A stretch of 62,708 bases of DNA, the filler included. It is 5 parts of 5 records of this genome, joined end to end, with 100 filler letters (N's around TTAATTAATTAA, not from the genome) between each part and the next. Parts side by side here need not be neighbours in the genome. Positions count along the whole stretch, not along the records: positions 55,931 to 62,708 come from SRR31156797_8294; 4 more parts are not named here. One strand, given 5' to 3'. Below, piece by piece: positions 60,855 through 62,708 of this stretch. Made by a program: the position numbers and the translations under genes. How positions within the stretch are numbered: position 1 is the stretch's first letter; each line of letters opens with the position of its first letter. Below the pieces are notes generated by a model. That model was given only the letters and a program-made list of their open reading frames with translations. It did not search any database and had not been told where the DNA came from.

Positions 60855-61535
60855 ATGAAACCTCATGGAAACTCATACCAGAATCTGCACTTTCAGCATA
60901 TGGGTGCAGGTAATATTCAGCTACGCTACAACAACACCAGCAAACTGTTGAAAAAGGCAGATCCGTTCACACTTCAGAAAATCCTGAAGAAGGTGCGCCC
61001 CAAGATGAACGGACAGTCCTATATCAGTTTCGCTAAAGAGGTTTTCTCTACTCCCAAGGGGATGAGCGCCTCTTGCAAGACTTCGCATCTGGAGTACTTG
61101 GATTCTATCAATGAAGGAGCCGATATGGCCGACACCAGCCGCCTTGCAGATCTGGCCCGTAAAGCCGGGAAATCCGTTTCAAGCATCATCCCTGATTGGG
61201 AGAGTGCTATCGAAATCACACAAGAGATATTCGGGAAGAGTTCCGATTTCTTCAATCCTCGGGAATGGGATTATACATTCCAGACTCTTTCAAATACCCT
61301 CGGAATCAAAGAGAGTTCGAACTCCCTCCCCCCCGGTCTTGTAGAAGAGTTCCTTGACTCTGGTAAGTCACTGCAAGAATTCCTGAACTGCCGCGTTGAA
61401 GTGATTGACTTCATGGAGGAAGAAGACTGTTCTGTAGGGGCTGATATACCACCAGCTAAGGATGAGACACTACAGTCTGCCGCGTTCTCTATCGGGGAGC
61501 CGGGCGGTATCAAGAAGAAAAAGAAGAAAGACTAG
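60855..61535 (+). CDS. Phage hypothetical protein
   Basis: 226-aa ORF with RBS GGAGG and poly-Lys tail. Confidence 0.65.
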   Translation: MKPHGNSYQNLHFQHMGAGNIQLRYNNTSKLLKKADPFTLQKILKKVRPKMNGQSYISFAKEVFSTPKGMSASCKTSHLEYLDSINEGADMADTSRLADLARKAGKSVSSIIPDWESAIEITQEIFGKSSDFFNPREWDYTFQTLSNTLGIKESSNSLPPGLVEEFLDSGKSLQEFLNCRVEVIDFMEEEDCSVGADIPPAKDETLQSAAFSIGEPGGIKKKKKKD

Positions 61536-62125
61536 TCATCCTTCAGGACGCCTCGGTTCATCAGAACCTCAATGCATTGGAGCTCATGCTTTGTAAGCCA
61601 CTGGATGCGCTTAGGATTCCTCTGAATGGGCGGATATTGCGAAAAGTTCCGCCCAAAGAGGAGCCCTTCTTCTTTCCGGATATATGAAAGACAGAAAAAG
61701 AAATCTCCATTGACCCCACGCTTTACATTCGTTCCTTCAATGACCTTATTCCCTACCCTTCTCGATTTCCCGGCAGAGGAGAAATCCCACCCCAGATCAG
61801 ATCCGGTACGGAGCTTCACTGGCACGTTGATTGAAAGGCTGTCCAGTTGAATTGTCACGTCATACTGGTGCTTCCATGATCTTTGTGATTTTGCACCGGG
61901 GGTGGGTGGCGGAGTATACTTACCATATTGAGGGTAGGAGGCGCTCTCGATAATGAACTTGGTTCTCTTCCTCCGAGTCGAAAGAGAATAGGAGGAGATC
62001 TGACGAATCTTCACTCCTCGCAGAACGTCCCGCTCTTTGTAATCGTAGCGGTTCCTCTTGTGCATGTAGGTGTTCTGGAGGAGCTTCTTGATTGTCCATT
62101 CAGTCTGTATAGGAGAGGGCATCAA
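61532..62125 (-). CDS. Basic phage protein with SWIM-like DF..P..NP..KH pattern
   Basis: GDFFFCLSY...G...PPIQRNPK...LTKH. Confidence 0.55.
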   Translation of the reverse strand: MMPSPIQTEWTIKKLLQNTYMHKRNRYDYKERDVLRGVKIRQISSYSLSTRRKRTKFIIESASYPQYGKYTPPPTPGAKSQRSWKHQYDVTIQLDSLSINVPVKLRTGSDLGWDFSSAGKSRRVGNKVIEGTNVKRGVNGDFFFCLSYIRKEEGLLFGRNFSQYPPIQRNPKRIQWLTKHELQCIEVLMNRGVLKDD

Positions 62126-62707
62126 TTACGCTCGCAGGAGGACCACGGCCTTACGCTCTTTCCACTTATCTCGGACCTGCCGCTCAAGCTTCTCAGACTC
62201 CTTCATGAGCTCTGAGATATTGAAGTCTACGCCCTGCCCGGTATTGGACTGAGAGCGAAGCATGGCAAGCCGTTTGAGAAGAATAGCCTGAGAGAGCCAT
62301 ATGACCTCTTTCCTGTGCTTTCTAGGCACGTCATTGAAGTCCAAGGAGCTTTGCCCCCAGCTAATCATCAGGTCCCCTGTAATCGATGTATTCCCGGTCA
62401 CAAGATCGCCAAGAGTCAGGACCTTAATCCTTGATCCGGAGGTGTAATTTTGCATGGCCGTAGCCACTAGATTGTCATTGATATTTGCACCAAGCACATC
62501 TGCACTTGGGCCTCGAAAACTGGTATGACCCTTCACATCCATATATCCGGAAGTGCCACCAGTACCGTAGGTAGACAGAAGATGCATATCATGAAAAGGG
62601 TTACCAGTCACACCGCTGGTAGTTGTCCGCTTCAGGATTCGCGCATCCGCTACACCAATAGTTTCCCTGTATGATTCCGCTGGCTCGGCGGGGTAAGGTA
62701 TCTGAAA
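62126..62707 (-). CDS. Putative neck/head-tail adaptor protein (5' truncated)
   Basis: Frame is open to the window end; C-terminus LAMLRS...GVDFNISELMKESEKLE resembles T4 gp13-type adaptors. Confidence 0.45.
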   Translation of the reverse strand, partial: FQIPYPAEPAESYRETIGVADARILKRTTTSGVTGNPFHDMHLLSTYGTGGTSGYMDVKGHTSFRGPSADVLGANINDNLVATAMQNYTSGSRIKVLTLGDLVTGNTSITGDLMISWGQSSLDFNDVPRKHRKEVIWLSQAILLKRLAMLRSQSNTGQGVDFNISELMKESEKLERQVRDKWKERKAVVLLRA

Positions 62708-62708
62708 A

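Larger units (their letters stand above)
55931..62708. mobile_element. Fragment of a large tailed phage genome
   Basis: Large terminase, co-oriented tRNA array without encoded CCA, neck-like protein, only hypothetical neighbours. Confidence 0.9.

Noticed and set aside
1-62708. CRISPR array or cas genes
   Set aside because: No regularly spaced direct repeats with unique spacers and no cas motifs were seen.

Overview
This window is not one locus. It is five unrelated contigs joined by artificial 100-nt N linkers that carry TTAATTAATTAA (stops in all frames) at 16164-16263, 29032-29131, 43480-43579 and 55831-55930. (1) 1-16163: AT-rich Bacteroidota DNA with an exbB/exbD operon, cobT, gdhA divergent from a receiver-domain/PEP-synthase-like gene, a degenerate hybrid kinase, ettA, two receiver-adenylate cyclases and partial hisS. 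(2) 16264-29031: an exopolysaccharide locus, probably deltaproteobacterial (wecB, priming transferase, phosphatase, Wza, split Wzc), interrupted by toxin-antitoxin genes; its tyrosine kinase carries an inserted DUF4388/MshEN-like domain. (3) 29132-43479: Bacteroidota DNA (LruC-domain lipoprotein, purL, MCP) ending in tRNA-Gly(CCC). The tRNA is surrounded by hairpin-interrupted tRNA copies, a small GIY-YIG nuclease and a type IV TA islet. (4) 43580-55830: Desulfovibrionaceae-like housekeeping DNA (lpxB, GT2, FadR regulator with hydroxy-acid oxidase, nrdG-nrdD). (5) 55931-62708: a large tailed phage fragment with a tRNA array, large terminase and virion-type genes. The best candidate for an undescribed system is in the phage tRNA array: a 253-aa uncharacterised protein followed directly by a ~370-nt structured RNA with a circularly permuted tRNA-like core and a UGA/UAG-rich repeat tract. 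The second candidate is a 21-22-bp element inserted three times at the same T-loop position of tRNA copies next to the GIY-YIG gene. All calls come from reading motifs and pairings by eye; no database search or folding program was run, and the taxonomic labels are inferences.
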